Source: Candidatus Micrarchaeota archaeon (GTDB taxonomy: Archaea > Micrarchaeota > Micrarchaeia > Anstonellales > Bilamarchaeaceae). Taken from it: a stretch of DNA of 64,000 bases. Below are positions 38,567-47,923 of this stretch, one piece after another. The translations under genes and the position numbers were made by a program. The stretch's first letter is position 1. Each line of letters starts with the position of its first letter. The notes beneath the pieces were generated by a model that saw only the letters and a list, made by a program, of their open reading frames with translations, had not been told where the DNA came from and did no database searches. The DNA lies in assembly GCA_040753215.1 (NCBI GenBank), contig JBFMEZ010000013.1, positions 32,001 through 96,000 on the forward strand, given 5' to 3'.

Positions 38567-39499
38567 CTAACCTTTCCTTATCTTATACTCCTTCGTGATC
38601 TCCTTTATTCCCTCTTCCAATCTCCTTGGCTTAAACCCCAATTCCCTCCTCGCCCTCTCCCATCCGAACGCCCTGTCCCCGCCCAGTATCGCAACATGTT
38701 CTCTCGTAAGTTTCGGCTTCTTCCCGAAAAGCGCCCCCAGCTCCCGCACCCTTCCAATAAGGTTCGCCATCCAGAAAGACATGTGTTTTTTCGGGGGTGC
38801 AACCCCAAGCTCCCTGCACGCAATTCCATAAATCTCCTCCTGCGTTTTGCTCTCCCCGCAAACCACATAAGTCCCCTGCCCCGCGTCAGTTTCCAGTTTC
38901 CGGCTTCCAGTCTCCCCTCCCCCCGCGGCTGCCGCGATAGCCCGCGCCGCATCCTCCACATGCACGAAGGGAACCCTGTTCTTCCCGTCCCCTATAATGA
39001 ACATCTTCCCTTTTTCCAGCATCCCCAGAATATAGAAATAATCCCCAAACTCCGGCCCATAGATGGTCCCAATCCTCAAAATCACGTGCCTCCCCTTCTT
39101 CCGCACAATCTCCTCCGCCTCCAGCTTGCTCCGCGAATAGGCCGAATCCGGGTGCGTGGGCGTCGCCTCATCAGCCGGAATCTCCTTCAATTTCTTCCCA
39201 TATACAGAAATGGAGCTCGCCAGCACGATCTTGCATCTCTCCGGAGAATTCTCAACAATCCTTCTCGTGAGCTCCACATTAGTTTTCCTCATCTCCCCCT
39301 CGTCCCAAAATCGCATGGAGCCGGCAATATGAATAATACAGTCCGCATCCTTCAAAATCCTGCGCAAGCTCTCCGCCGAGAAGTCCGTAACAACCTCTCC
39401 CTTAAGCCCTTTTGCATTCCGGACCAGGGGCACCGCATCCACGAACCTGAGCACGTGCCTGCCCAATCTTCCAGAGGCGCCTGTAATGTAGATTTTCAC
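38567..39499 (-). CDS. NAD-dependent epimerase/dehydratase (extended SDR)
   Basis: ITGASGRLG, SSISVYG, YSRSK; in-frame 7-mer insert ETGSRKLET (38887-38914). Confidence 0.92.
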   Translation of the reverse strand: MKIYITGASGRLGRHVLRFVDAVPLVRNAKGLKGEVVTDFSAESLRRILKDADCIIHIAGSMRFWDEGEMRKTNVELTRRIVENSPERCKIVLASSISVYGKKLKEIPADEATPTHPDSAYSRSKLEAEEIVRKKGRHVILRIGTIYGPEFGDYFYILGMLEKGKMFIIGDGKNRVPFVHVEDAARAIAAAAGGGETGSRKLETDAGQGTYVVCGESKTQEEIYGIACRELGVAPPKKHMSFWMANLIGRVRELGALFGKKPKLTREHVAILGGDRAFGWERARRELGFKPRRLEEGIKEITKEYKIRKG

Positions 39500-39554
39500 G
39501 GAAAATACTCCCCCTCCGATATTTATATAAATACTCATAACACATAATATTACT

Positions 39555-41213
39555 ATGGGCGACACGTGCGGCCCCCAGCCGAATGGCTTCTCCCCGGTGT
39601 GCACCAGGGCCCGCCAGCTTGCGGAGCGCACCCTTAGCGGGCTCAGGGCAAGCGAGAGGAGGAAGCGCCACGGCCTTCTGGTCGCAGAAGGCGTGGACGG
39701 TTATTTCCAGAAATTATCCCCGAGGGTAGAGCACGGCCCGCTCATGAACCGCCTGGTTGCATCCACAACACTATTAGCCCAAATCCACCAGCTCACCCTC
39801 TACGGAAGGGACCGGGGCGAGCTGAGCGAGTTCATGGGCGCGCTGGAGCGCGGAATTCCCACAATCCCGGGTTTTGGGGCGGACATGGGGCTGCCTCCGG
39901 CCATTTTTTGCGGAGACCTCCAGAGATACATAGAGCAGTACAGGACTGTTTTTTCACACAGCTACATCCTAAGCGAAGACTCAAAGATGCTTGATTTCGT
40001 ACGCCTCATAAAGGCAGGGGGCCTGGAGCTCCCGCCCCTCCTCGTGGTGATGGCGGATTTCGCGCTTCCCCTCGAAAAGGCGGTTGAAGGGCTTCCAAAA
40101 GGCGAAACCGTTTCCGAGGGCAGGAGGAAGCTCTGGTCCGACAAGATAAGGGAAGTCGTCTTCCCACTCGCCGACCTGATAGGGTGGCAGGACGCCGCAA
40201 ACAGCATGAGGCACAACGCGGTCCTCTGGAACCCGGACCTCAGCTACAAGCTGGAGGCAAAGGAAAGATGGCTGAGGGAGAACGCGGCTGCGCTGAGCGC
40301 AGCCGGAGCGCTGCTCCAGGAGATTTCAGACAGGGCAACCAGAAAAATCCTCGGTGAAGTGGATGGTAAACCGCCCCGGGTGCAATACGAAAAAGACGGC
40401 CCCATGACCAAGACCGGCGCCGCCATAGTCATAAAGGAGGACGAGAAGCCCGGCAAGCCCGTGATGGACCTCGTACGCACGCGCTACATCTTCCAGTGCG
40501 ACGGGATGGCGGCAGAGGGCCGGGAAGGGACAAATGTACAGGACCTGGGTTACGAAGTGCTTGGCTCCTTCAGGTCTTCCGGCGCATTCAGCGGCCTTAA
40601 GATACAGGACAACTACCGGAAGCCCAAGAGGAGCGGCTACAGGGCAATCCACATCACCGGCTTCCTCCTGAACGGCTTCGGCATACCAGTGGAGGTAATA
40701 CTGATAGACGAGGATAGCTACAAAAACGCCGCCTGCGGAAGGTGCAACCGCGCGCTGTACAAAGGTTACAATGGAAGGGCCAACCCCGAAGATGTGGAGA
40801 AGTTCGAGGCGGTTGACAGGCTTCTGGAGCCAATCCTCGATGCGGCGCTCGCATTGTCCAAAATGCCAGCCCGCGCGCAGCAGGCTTCGCCAGCAACGCG
40901 CGAAGATACGGTCGCATACACAGTATATAATTCCGGGGAAAGCCAGCCGTGCGACGTTAAGCCGGGCAGCACTGTCCTTGATGTGATGGTCAGATATTAC
41001 TTGCGCACAGGGCAGCCTATCCGCAACGCCGAGGTTTACGAGGGCCCTAGCGAGGATGGCAGGAGGCTCGGCATTTATGAGAAGTGCCCGCCAGAAATAA
41101 CAATAAAGCCACTGGGTGAGTTCAGCTACGGGACGATACTGCAGGTGTACAGGAATCCCCGCGTGAACGGCGACACCAAGAGAGCGCTCCGCGAATTCTG
41201 CAACGGAAAATAA
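39555..41213 (+). CDS. divergent RelA/SpoT-like protein (degenerate HD, synthetase-like and TGS-like domains)
   Basis: EVVFPLADLIGW, DLVRTRYI, DNYRKPKRSGYRAIH, PVEVIL..AACG, KPGSTVLD. Confidence 0.7.
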   Translation: MGDTCGPQPNGFSPVCTRARQLAERTLSGLRASERRKRHGLLVAEGVDGYFQKLSPRVEHGPLMNRLVASTTLLAQIHQLTLYGRDRGELSEFMGALERGIPTIPGFGADMGLPPAIFCGDLQRYIEQYRTVFSHSYILSEDSKMLDFVRLIKAGGLELPPLLVVMADFALPLEKAVEGLPKGETVSEGRRKLWSDKIREVVFPLADLIGWQDAANSMRHNAVLWNPDLSYKLEAKERWLRENAAALSAAGALLQEISDRATRKILGEVDGKPPRVQYEKDGPMTKTGAAIVIKEDEKPGKPVMDLVRTRYIFQCDGMAAEGREGTNVQDLGYEVLGSFRSSGAFSGLKIQDNYRKPKRSGYRAIHITGFLLNGFGIPVEVILIDEDSYKNAACGRCNRALYKGYNGRANPEDVEKFEAVDRLLEPILDAALALSKMPARAQQASPATREDTVAYTVYNSGESQPCDVKPGSTVLDVMVRYYLRTGQPIRNAEVYEGPSEDGRRLGIYEKCPPEITIKPLGEFSYGTILQVYRNPRVNGDTKRALREFCNGK

Positions 41214-41326
41214 TCAGCCGAAAATTATCGCGCTCTCTCTAGTCCTTATTTTCTGCGGCCGCACATAAGCTATTCTTTCCTTCACTCCAAGAGGAAGGGG
41301 GCGTCCCCCCCTTCTCTCCAGGGTAC

Positions 41327-42466
41327 TCATAACCCCCCATCAAATAGTATAGCACTTTCCCTGGTCCTTATCTTCTGCGACCTCACATCCGCAATCCTTT
41401 CCTTCACCGCGGCAATCCTTCCAGAAAATCCTATTCTCTCCCCAATCCGAATAAGGATCTCATCCACTGGTATATGCCTCCCCCCCAGCACCGAATTCCC
41501 CACAACCATGCATCCGCACGGCGCAATCCTTTTCAAATTCCGCAGCACCCTCTCCATGTCCGCAAAATACGTCCCCGCGATGGGGATATCCAGATAATCA
41601 TCCGCCTCCGGAGGCGCATCCCCAAACGATTCCCCGGTTATGAAGCCCCTCACTTCTTTCGCCCGCATTATTTTCGTACTATCTTTTTCCATGGTCAATA
41701 GGCTCAGCTCCAGCCCATAAACTTTGGAATAATCTATATAGTTCAGGTAGGGCGGCGAGGTCACGAACGCATCCGCCTTCCAATCCTCGAACTCCCGCGC
41801 ATCTTCCAATTTTAATTCCGGCTCCACAGTCAGTTTCCTGTTCCCCGTTTCCGGTTTCCTTTCTCTCTCCCGCAAATCCGCAACCATCCTCTTCACTTTC
41901 CGTTTAAACGCATCCTTAACCGGCATGGCGCTTTTCGAGGGCTCCTCCCGCAAGACCCCCCCATCCTTTATGAAAAATCCCACCTGCGGCAAAATAGATA
42001 GCAGCGCAAGCAAAAACAGCCCGCCCACCCCCTCATTCTCAATTTCCTCAATGCTTTCCCTCAAATGTCGTATATCGTTATAGTTCCTCTTCCCGAAAAA
42101 CCGCGAAGGATGGAACAGCTCAAACTGCCATATCCACCCCGGCTCTTTCCGTTCCTTAAACATCCCTTTCAATTCCCTCTCCGCCTCCTCCGCGTCCTTT
42201 TCCGAATAGTCCGCGCATTTCGTTTTCGTCACAAACAGCGCGAGGGGCGAAACATCTATCCCAATCCCCTTCATCCCGTGCTCCTTCGCATAGAGCATAG
42301 TAGTCCCGATTCCGCAGAAAGGGTCGAACACTGTCCCGCCCTTCACTCCAAGCTCGCCCAATGCCCACTCCACCAATTGCGGAGAGTATGCCTCCTTGTA
42401 ATAGAACCAGTTGTGCACGGGAATATCCTTCGCAGGCTCGAAGGTGAAATAGTCCCCTATTTCCAT
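41327..42466 (-). CDS. orphan N4/N6 DNA methyltransferase
   Basis: DPFCGIGTT motif I before TSPPY motif IV; in-frame 7-mer insert KPETGNRKL (41831-41858). Confidence 0.9.
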   Translation of the reverse strand: MEIGDYFTFEPAKDIPVHNWFYYKEAYSPQLVEWALGELGVKGGTVFDPFCGIGTTMLYAKEHGMKGIGIDVSPLALFVTKTKCADYSEKDAEEAERELKGMFKERKEPGWIWQFELFHPSRFFGKRNYNDIRHLRESIEEIENEGVGGLFLLALLSILPQVGFFIKDGGVLREEPSKSAMPVKDAFKRKVKRMVADLRERERKPETGNRKLTVEPELKLEDAREFEDWKADAFVTSPPYLNYIDYSKVYGLELSLLTMEKDSTKIMRAKEVRGFITGESFGDAPPEADDYLDIPIAGTYFADMERVLRNLKRIAPCGCMVVGNSVLGGRHIPVDEILIRIGERIGFSGRIAAVKERIADVRSQKIRTRESAILFDGGL

Positions 42467-42516
42467 GCTTCCCATTCCCCATCATGATTTTAAACGCTTT
42501 CCCACGAAAGAGAATA

Positions 42517-43731
42517 ATGGAAGGCGTGCAAAGAACACTCTTCGCATCCGCGGCACAGGATATAGCAAGAGAAATGGCAGGCAGGAGACTTAGTGCGCAG
42601 GGCAGAATGCATTCCTCCGCCCGCCCCATGCTTTTCAGGAGGCTCAGGAAGTATTCCCATCCTATTTATGGCCGCACGAGTTCCGGCCATCCTATACTCA
42701 CCTTCCCATTGGACGTGCTCAACGTGGATGCGCGCGACCCCGCGAACGTCAGGATGTTCTTCAGGAGGGAGGAGAGGCTCCCGGCTGATTTCAGGGCCGG
42801 TCAGCCGGTCCCCCGCAGGCACGTTATGCACGTTTCAGATATTTTCCATGCGGTCCGCCAGCTCGCGCACGTTGCCGAAACCCACCGGCAGGAGCGGGGA
42901 AAAACCAATTCCGCGCTCGAGCTCGTGGAGCAGATAAACGCGAAGCTCATGGTGTTCGCGCAGAATGCAAGGGGCACGGAGGCGGCGAAGGCGGCCAACC
43001 GGGAGATGGAGGCGATGCCCGAGATGAGGGCCCTTGCCTCGGCATACAAGCACATGGCCCTTGAGCAGCTCCAGAAGGCGCTCCGCCTTCTTGGGGAAGC
43101 GGAGAACAGCCCAAGGGCGAACCTGAAGCTCGGGGCCGCGTGCGCCTGTCTGGTCTCATTCCGCGCGCGCATGGGCGAATGGCGCGTGAGGCAGACCTTC
43201 AACATAGACGCTTACGACGAGCTGCGCGAGGCCTCCCTGCGCCTGCGCAGGGATAAGTACGTGCAGGGCCTCCTTGAATATTATGTTGAGATGCTCTCGG
43301 GCCCGAGGGCTTTCCAGGCCGCAAAGGCGGCTGTGGAGAACCACATACTTTCAGGCAAGCTCAGGGATTTCCATGGCTCAATACCAAAAGGCAGGGAATG
43401 GAGGAATGAAGCGCGCAGGCTCCTCTGCGCAATCGGCCTGTCCCTCCCGCAGGAATCCGCCACGCGGAAGCTGCTCAGGGGCGCATACAGGCTTGCAGGG
43501 GAGGGCACCAAGGAGGAATTCGAGGAGAGGATGGGAGCTATCACCAGGCCCCTTCTCGTGCGCGACCTTCCTTACGCCGCGGACGAGCTTGAGAGGTCCA
43601 GCGAGCCCTACCGCATCCCAGTGATAGAAAAAATACGGTCCGGGTTCGCGGCAGTAGAGAAGAACACTCCCGCGGATGCGGTCCCGCTTTTCCAGGAAGC
43701 AGCCGAAATCCTCAGGAGGCCGGACCAGTAG
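42517..43731 (+). CDS. hypothetical helical protein
   Basis: ~400-aa ORF with genome-typical codon usage. Confidence 0.65.
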   Translation: MEGVQRTLFASAAQDIAREMAGRRLSAQGRMHSSARPMLFRRLRKYSHPIYGRTSSGHPILTFPLDVLNVDARDPANVRMFFRREERLPADFRAGQPVPRRHVMHVSDIFHAVRQLAHVAETHRQERGKTNSALELVEQINAKLMVFAQNARGTEAAKAANREMEAMPEMRALASAYKHMALEQLQKALRLLGEAENSPRANLKLGAACACLVSFRARMGEWRVRQTFNIDAYDELREASLRLRRDKYVQGLLEYYVEMLSGPRAFQAAKAAVENHILSGKLRDFHGSIPKGREWRNEARRLLCAIGLSLPQESATRKLLRGAYRLAGEGTKEEFEERMGAITRPLLVRDLPYAADELERSSEPYRIPVIEKIRSGFAAVEKNTPADAVPLFQEAAEILRRPDQ

Positions 43732-43780
43732 TCGGTTTCCCGTTTCCCGCTTCCAGTTACCCGTATTCGGTTGCCGTTCC
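43732..43780. repeat. intergenic 7-mer tandem array
   Basis: CGGTTTC CCGTTTC CCGCTTC CAGTTAC CCGTATT CGGTTGC. Confidence 0.75.
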
Positions 43781-43781
43781 A

Positions 43782-44168
43782 CTATCCTTTCTCCGCGCCT
43801 TCCTTGGATAATTCGTCCGCCCTCCCGTTCTCCTCCCGCGGAATCCACTCAAAATGAAGCGTCATCCCTTCTCCCGCCTTCCATATCTTTCCCATCAGTT
43901 CTCGAAGATGCGGCGCCTTCACCCTGAACTCGCCTTTCAGCTGGCTCACCAGCAGTTTCGAGTCGCTGCGCACGGAAAGCCCCTTAGCCCCAAGCTTCCC
44001 CGCCTCCTCCACCGCAATCAGCACCGCCTTGTACTCCGCCTCATTATTCGTCCCAAACCCAAGATGCCTGCTTATCTCCTTCACCACTTTCCCTTCATGC
44101 ACGAGCACAATGCCCGCGCCCATCCTCCCCGGGTTCCCGAGGCAGCATCCGTCCGTATAAGCAATCAT
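43782..44168 (-). CDS. rnhA: ribonuclease HI family protein
   Basis: YTDGCCLGNPG, TNNEAEY, SDSKL, WIPREENGRADELS. Confidence 0.93.
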   Translation of the reverse strand: MIAYTDGCCLGNPGRMGAGIVLVHEGKVVKEISRHLGFGTNNEAEYKAVLIAVEEAGKLGAKGLSVRSDSKLLVSQLKGEFRVKAPHLRELMGKIWKAGEGMTLHFEWIPREENGRADELSKEGAEKG

Positions 44169-44176
44169 AGGATACA

Positions 44177-44265
44177 CCGTTTCCGGTTCCATGTCAAACC
44201 GTGAAGCCACGGGAAACCAAGGGAACGATTGGGCAGCTTCATGGTTTGAGTTTCCCGTTTCCAGC
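44177..44265. repeat. 7-mer array with nested hairpin whose loop is inverted
   Basis: Hairpin at 44194-44249; flanks read as in dtdA on the minus strand, loop reads as in dtdA on the plus strand. Confidence 0.85.
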
Positions 44266-44305
44266 AAACATAGGGATTTTATCCCTTCTCTTAATAACCC
44301 TACCC

Positions 44306-44785
44306 ATGGCAGTGCTGCAAAAGATACACACATCCGGAAGGATGATGTACGCAAAGGCAGTCCTCATAGCCCTCATCGCGGCATTCGCGTGGGCGCAGAT
44401 AGAGAAATTCCTCAGGCTGAATTACGCTGTCGTGTACCCGGCAATCGCCGCCTTCGCAATACTTATAATTATTGTCGCGTTCGTGCGCTCCAGGCTCCAG
44501 TCCCTGGAGATAACCGACGAGGGGGTGACCTCCCGCCTCGGCATCATAAACGTGAAGACGCAGTTCATCCCGTACAGCAAGATTGATTCGGTCAATGTGT
44601 CCCGCACGGTTTTCGACCGCATATTCATGCTCGGCACCCTCCGCATAGACACGCTCGCCAGCATAGGGACCGAAACCGTGATGAGCGGCATCCCCTCCAG
44701 AAACCTGGAGGAGGCGCTGAAGGCGATACAGTCAAGGATACACCCGGGTGGCCGCAGTGAAGGAGTCCCTCCTTATAGAAGATGA
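44306..44785 (+). CDS. membrane protein with bacterial PH domain (bPH_2)
   Basis: Two TM helices, then GII...IPYSKIDSVNVSR..DRIFMLGTLRI. Confidence 0.8.
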   Translation: MAVLQKIHTSGRMMYAKAVLIALIAAFAWAQIEKFLRLNYAVVYPAIAAFAILIIIVAFVRSRLQSLEITDEGVTSRLGIINVKTQFIPYSKIDSVNVSRTVFDRIFMLGTLRIDTLASIGTETVMSGIPSRNLEEALKAIQSRIHPGGRSEGVPPYRR

Positions 44786-45212
44786 AAAAAAAGCGCGCCG
44801 CCTCATCCTCCTCGGAGCGATGGAGGAAGATGGAAAGGTCCGCCTCCCTTATCTGGAGGCCGCATATTTCGCGGAGAAAGGGGAGATAGAGGGAGGTGCA
44901 GAGGAATTCATCACCCTTGCGCAGAAATCCGACCCGCTCGCCCCGGAAAAATATTTAGTTCTAAAGCAGCTCCGCGATTCCGGCTACATTGTGCGCACAG
45001 GCGAATCAGCGGATTTCCTCCGCGTATATAAAAAAGGGATAAGGGTGGGCGAGGACCGCACTGCCTACCTCCTCCGCGTATTGAGAAAGGGCGAATCCCC
45101 GGACCTGCACGCGGATTTGAGGCTCGCCGGAAAGATGCGCAAGGAACTAGTTTATGCTTTTGTGGGAGAAAAAATAGAGTTCATAAAAGTCATGCGTGTG
45201 AATTTCGAGTAA
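44748..45212 (+). CDS. tRNA splicing endonuclease-like protein, probably non-catalytic
   Basis: LPYLEAAY, YLVLKQLRDSGYIVRTG, LRVYKKG, RLAGKMRKELVYA; the usual HS is replaced by RT. Confidence 0.75.
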   Translation: MAAVKESLLIEDEKKARRLILLGAMEEDGKVRLPYLEAAYFAEKGEIEGGAEEFITLAQKSDPLAPEKYLVLKQLRDSGYIVRTGESADFLRVYKKGIRVGEDRTAYLLRVLRKGESPDLHADLRLAGKMRKELVYAFVGEKIEFIKVMRVNFE

Positions 45213-45259
45213 TTCCCAATGCTTTCTATATAAAAACATTTCTGGACAAAATATTGCAT

Positions 45260-46711
45260 ATGCGGAAGCTCCAGAGGAACGATATTCCTGCCGGACAAGC
45301 GGATGCTAGACCTGTCTCACCAGGGCCCGGAAGGGAATGGCCGAGATGGAAGAAGATTGCCGTGGTTGCTGTTTCTGTTGTGCCGCTTATGGCCAGTTCC
45401 TGCAAAAAAATTATGGAAGCACTTGAAAATCGACAAAATGCCGAACCCACACCAATATCCGGGTCTATAGGAAATTGTTTTAACTATCCTACAGCAGCCC
45501 CAGAATCAAGATACCGCATAATTACGAAGCTGGACGACTTCTTGATTGGTACAGACCGCGCAGCCCGCTTTCAGGCTGCGAACTGCCTCGTAGATATTTC
45601 TGAGGGAGGCCGGTTAAGAGACAACGTTGTTGAGGCGTTGCAGGAATTCTATGCGGCCATGGAGCCTGCATCAAGAAGCGGACTGGTCGATGCGCTTGAG
45701 AAATCCGGCGATCTCCTTCGCCTGGCCATCATAGCTGGCAGCAATGGAACAGAACCCCAACTGAGGGACCGGATAGTTGGCATATTTGAAACCAAGCTGC
45801 ACGAAGGTGTGAAGCTAGCCCCGACTATACTAGAACTACTCAGCCGAATTGCGATGAGCGGACAGGCAGAGCCGCAATTAAGGGGAAGGATAGTAAACAT
45901 GTTGAGGAATATCTTGGAAAACAGCGACCCTCCCGCCCAAAGAGAGCTTGTCACCATGCTTACTGAAATTGCCAAGTACGATTATACCGAATCCCAGGTA
46001 AAAGATGGCATAATTGATACATTAAAAAAGGCAAATGCATTCTCAGAGCTTGCGGTCATCGCAATCGATGAGGGAGCACTGCGGCTGCGGGAAATAGCCG
46101 GCTGGCTTGCGGGCAGGGCAGGCGAATCCTGTGCCGAAGGCGTGACTTTTTGTGAGCGGGCTATTTCAGCGCTTGTTTTTATTGCTACACACGAGGAGAC
46201 GCCGCCGCAATTGAAAGAAAGCATTCTTACCACTCTTAGGAGAAACAGGGCGTTCTCCAGCCTTGCCGATGTTGCCACAGATAAGAATACCGAACCCTAT
46301 CTGAGAAGGGAAATACTGAAAATGTTTGGCGAAGCTTTGGACGATAAGAATGAAGGCGTGCCCCAGGCTGCCATAGATGCTGCGGCAGGCCTGCCTGTGT
46401 CCCAGAGGCTGGTTGATGTTCTGGAGGCGGCTTCTGCCCATCGGTTGAAGGATGTTCGCCTGAAAGCGATGAAAATCCTTTATCTTTTTGCGTGCGACGA
46501 TGAAATAAGCCTGCAGATGAGAACAAGGATAGTTGGCATCGCAACAAGGGCTTTGAGGGATGCAGACAGGGACATCCGGGAAAAGGCCCTGGAAGTGCTC
46601 GAAGGAAGTCTATCCGCTGATGACCTGGATACCTCATTAAGAGAAAGGATACTGGGAATTCTGGAGAGCGAGAGCCAGGTTTCCCGCCGGGTTATTGGCA
46701 GAAACTGGTGA
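45260..46711 (+). CDS. HEAT-repeat protein with signal peptide/lipobox-like N-terminus
   Basis: KKIAVVAVSVVPLMASSC; repeated LAxIA....EPQLRxxI units; LRDADRDIREKAL. Confidence 0.7.
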   Translation: MRKLQRNDIPAGQADARPVSPGPGREWPRWKKIAVVAVSVVPLMASSCKKIMEALENRQNAEPTPISGSIGNCFNYPTAAPESRYRIITKLDDFLIGTDRAARFQAANCLVDISEGGRLRDNVVEALQEFYAAMEPASRSGLVDALEKSGDLLRLAIIAGSNGTEPQLRDRIVGIFETKLHEGVKLAPTILELLSRIAMSGQAEPQLRGRIVNMLRNILENSDPPAQRELVTMLTEIAKYDYTESQVKDGIIDTLKKANAFSELAVIAIDEGALRLREIAGWLAGRAGESCAEGVTFCERAISALVFIATHEETPPQLKESILTTLRRNRAFSSLADVATDKNTEPYLRREILKMFGEALDDKNEGVPQAAIDAAAGLPVSQRLVDVLEAASAHRLKDVRLKAMKILYLFACDDEISLQMRTRIVGIATRALRDADRDIREKALEVLEGSLSADDLDTSLRERILGILESESQVSRRVIGRNW

Positions 46712-46718
46712 TTCCGGG

Positions 46719-47099
46719 TTATAGCCTGTTTTCAGTATATTCATTGTATATCTTCTCCACCGCCCTCGCGTCTATTTTCTTCCCGGAGCACACATGCGGC
46801 ACCAGCCCCCCGGAAAATCTTTTCGGAATGTGCAGCAACTCATGAATAAGCACCTTCTTCTTCCTCTCTTCCGGAAGCGGGTCGAAGTTCTCGCTCAGCA
46901 CTTCTATCACATAAAAAGGGTTTATCTCCAGCGCCTCCCTCCATATCGCGGGCAGGCTCCAAATCCTCGCATAAGCATTCGCCCTCGCCCCGAAGCTCCT
47001 CATGCATATTATGCGCGGGGAAATAACGTGCCTCAAACTTGTGCGCGCCAGTATCTCATCCAGCATCACCTGCACATCCGGCGCCTTCTCGCTTTTCAT
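46719..47099 (-). CDS. putative metallopeptidase (HEXXH)
   Basis: AYARIW, YVIEVLSE, VLIHELLHIP..GGL..H. Confidence 0.85.
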   Translation of the reverse strand: MKSEKAPDVQVMLDEILARTSLRHVISPRIICMRSFGARANAYARIWSLPAIWREALEINPFYVIEVLSENFDPLPEERKKKVLIHELLHIPKRFSGGLVPHVCSGKKIDARAVEKIYNEYTENRL

Positions 47100-47179
47100 G
47101 CCTGCCCTTCGCAAAAAGAATTTATAATGCATGCAAGCAGGCCCGGCGCCCGAAGCATTTAAAAGTTATGCATACAAAG

Positions 47180-47200
47180 CATACTTGTGTGATAAGTATG
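47180..47200. promoter_or_regulatory. inverted-repeat operator of the vapBC-like pair
   Basis: CATACTT-N7-AAGTATG between a TTTAAAA box and the antitoxin ATG. Confidence 0.45.
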
Positions 47201-47446
47201 ACAAGTGAGATAAATGTGACTTTTCGTAATGTCGATAGGGATGTTCTGCAGGATTTCAGGGCAGAGGCGGTAAGGGAAAACAGAACATTCGGGCAGGCGC
47301 TGGCCGAAGCCCTTCTTCTATGGCTGCAGCACAGAAGGATGGCCCGCAAAAAGAAAATGAAGCTCTCTGCTTCGAAACCTCTCGACTTCGGCCCCGGCAC
47401 GGAGCGGCTGAGCGAAAGGGCAGACGAGATTCTTTACGGCCGGTGA
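47198..47446 (+). CDS. antitoxin (VapB-like)
   Basis: 82 aa, RHH-like NVTFRNVD, overlaps the PIN gene. Confidence 0.75.
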   Translation: MTSEINVTFRNVDRDVLQDFRAEAVRENRTFGQALAEALLLWLQHRRMARKKKMKLSASKPLDFGPGTERLSERADEILYGR

Positions 47447-47844
47447 TTGGCATCTCCGTGCTCCTGGACACCTCTTTTCTGGTTGCCTATTATGACAAAA
47501 GGGACCAGAACCATCCAGCTGCAGTCCGGCTGGTCGGAGAGCTCGAAACAGGGAAGTTTGGCAGGCTCATAATTTCAGAGTATGTTTTTGACGAACTGAT
47601 GACAATCCTGAAAAAATTTGTGGGAAAAGCAAAGGCTGCTGAAAAGGGCAGGGACATCCTGAACTCGCTTGATTTCCTCCAGGCGGATTCCAAAGTGTTC
47701 CAGCTTGGCTGGGAGCTTTTCAAAAAATCCGAGGGATTGAGTTTCACCGACTGCTATCTGGTCGCTGCGATGAAACACTACAACATTGAGTATCTGGCTA
47801 CCTTTGATTCCGGATTTCATGGCATTGTGAAGGTTTTGCGGTAG
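47443..47844 (+). CDS. vapC: PIN domain toxin (VapC)
   Basis: LLDTSFLVA, SEYVFDE, LSFTDC, LATFDSGF. Confidence 0.92.
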   Translation: MIGISVLLDTSFLVAYYDKRDQNHPAAVRLVGELETGKFGRLIISEYVFDELMTILKKFVGKAKAAEKGRDILNSLDFLQADSKVFQLGWELFKKSEGLSFTDCYLVAAMKHYNIEYLATFDSGFHGIVKVLR

Positions 47845-47923
47845 AATCGCACCACAATTCCGGATCCGCTTTTTATGCATCTCTTGCGAAAAGCCTTTAT
47901 AATATCTCCGAAGAAATGCCTCC

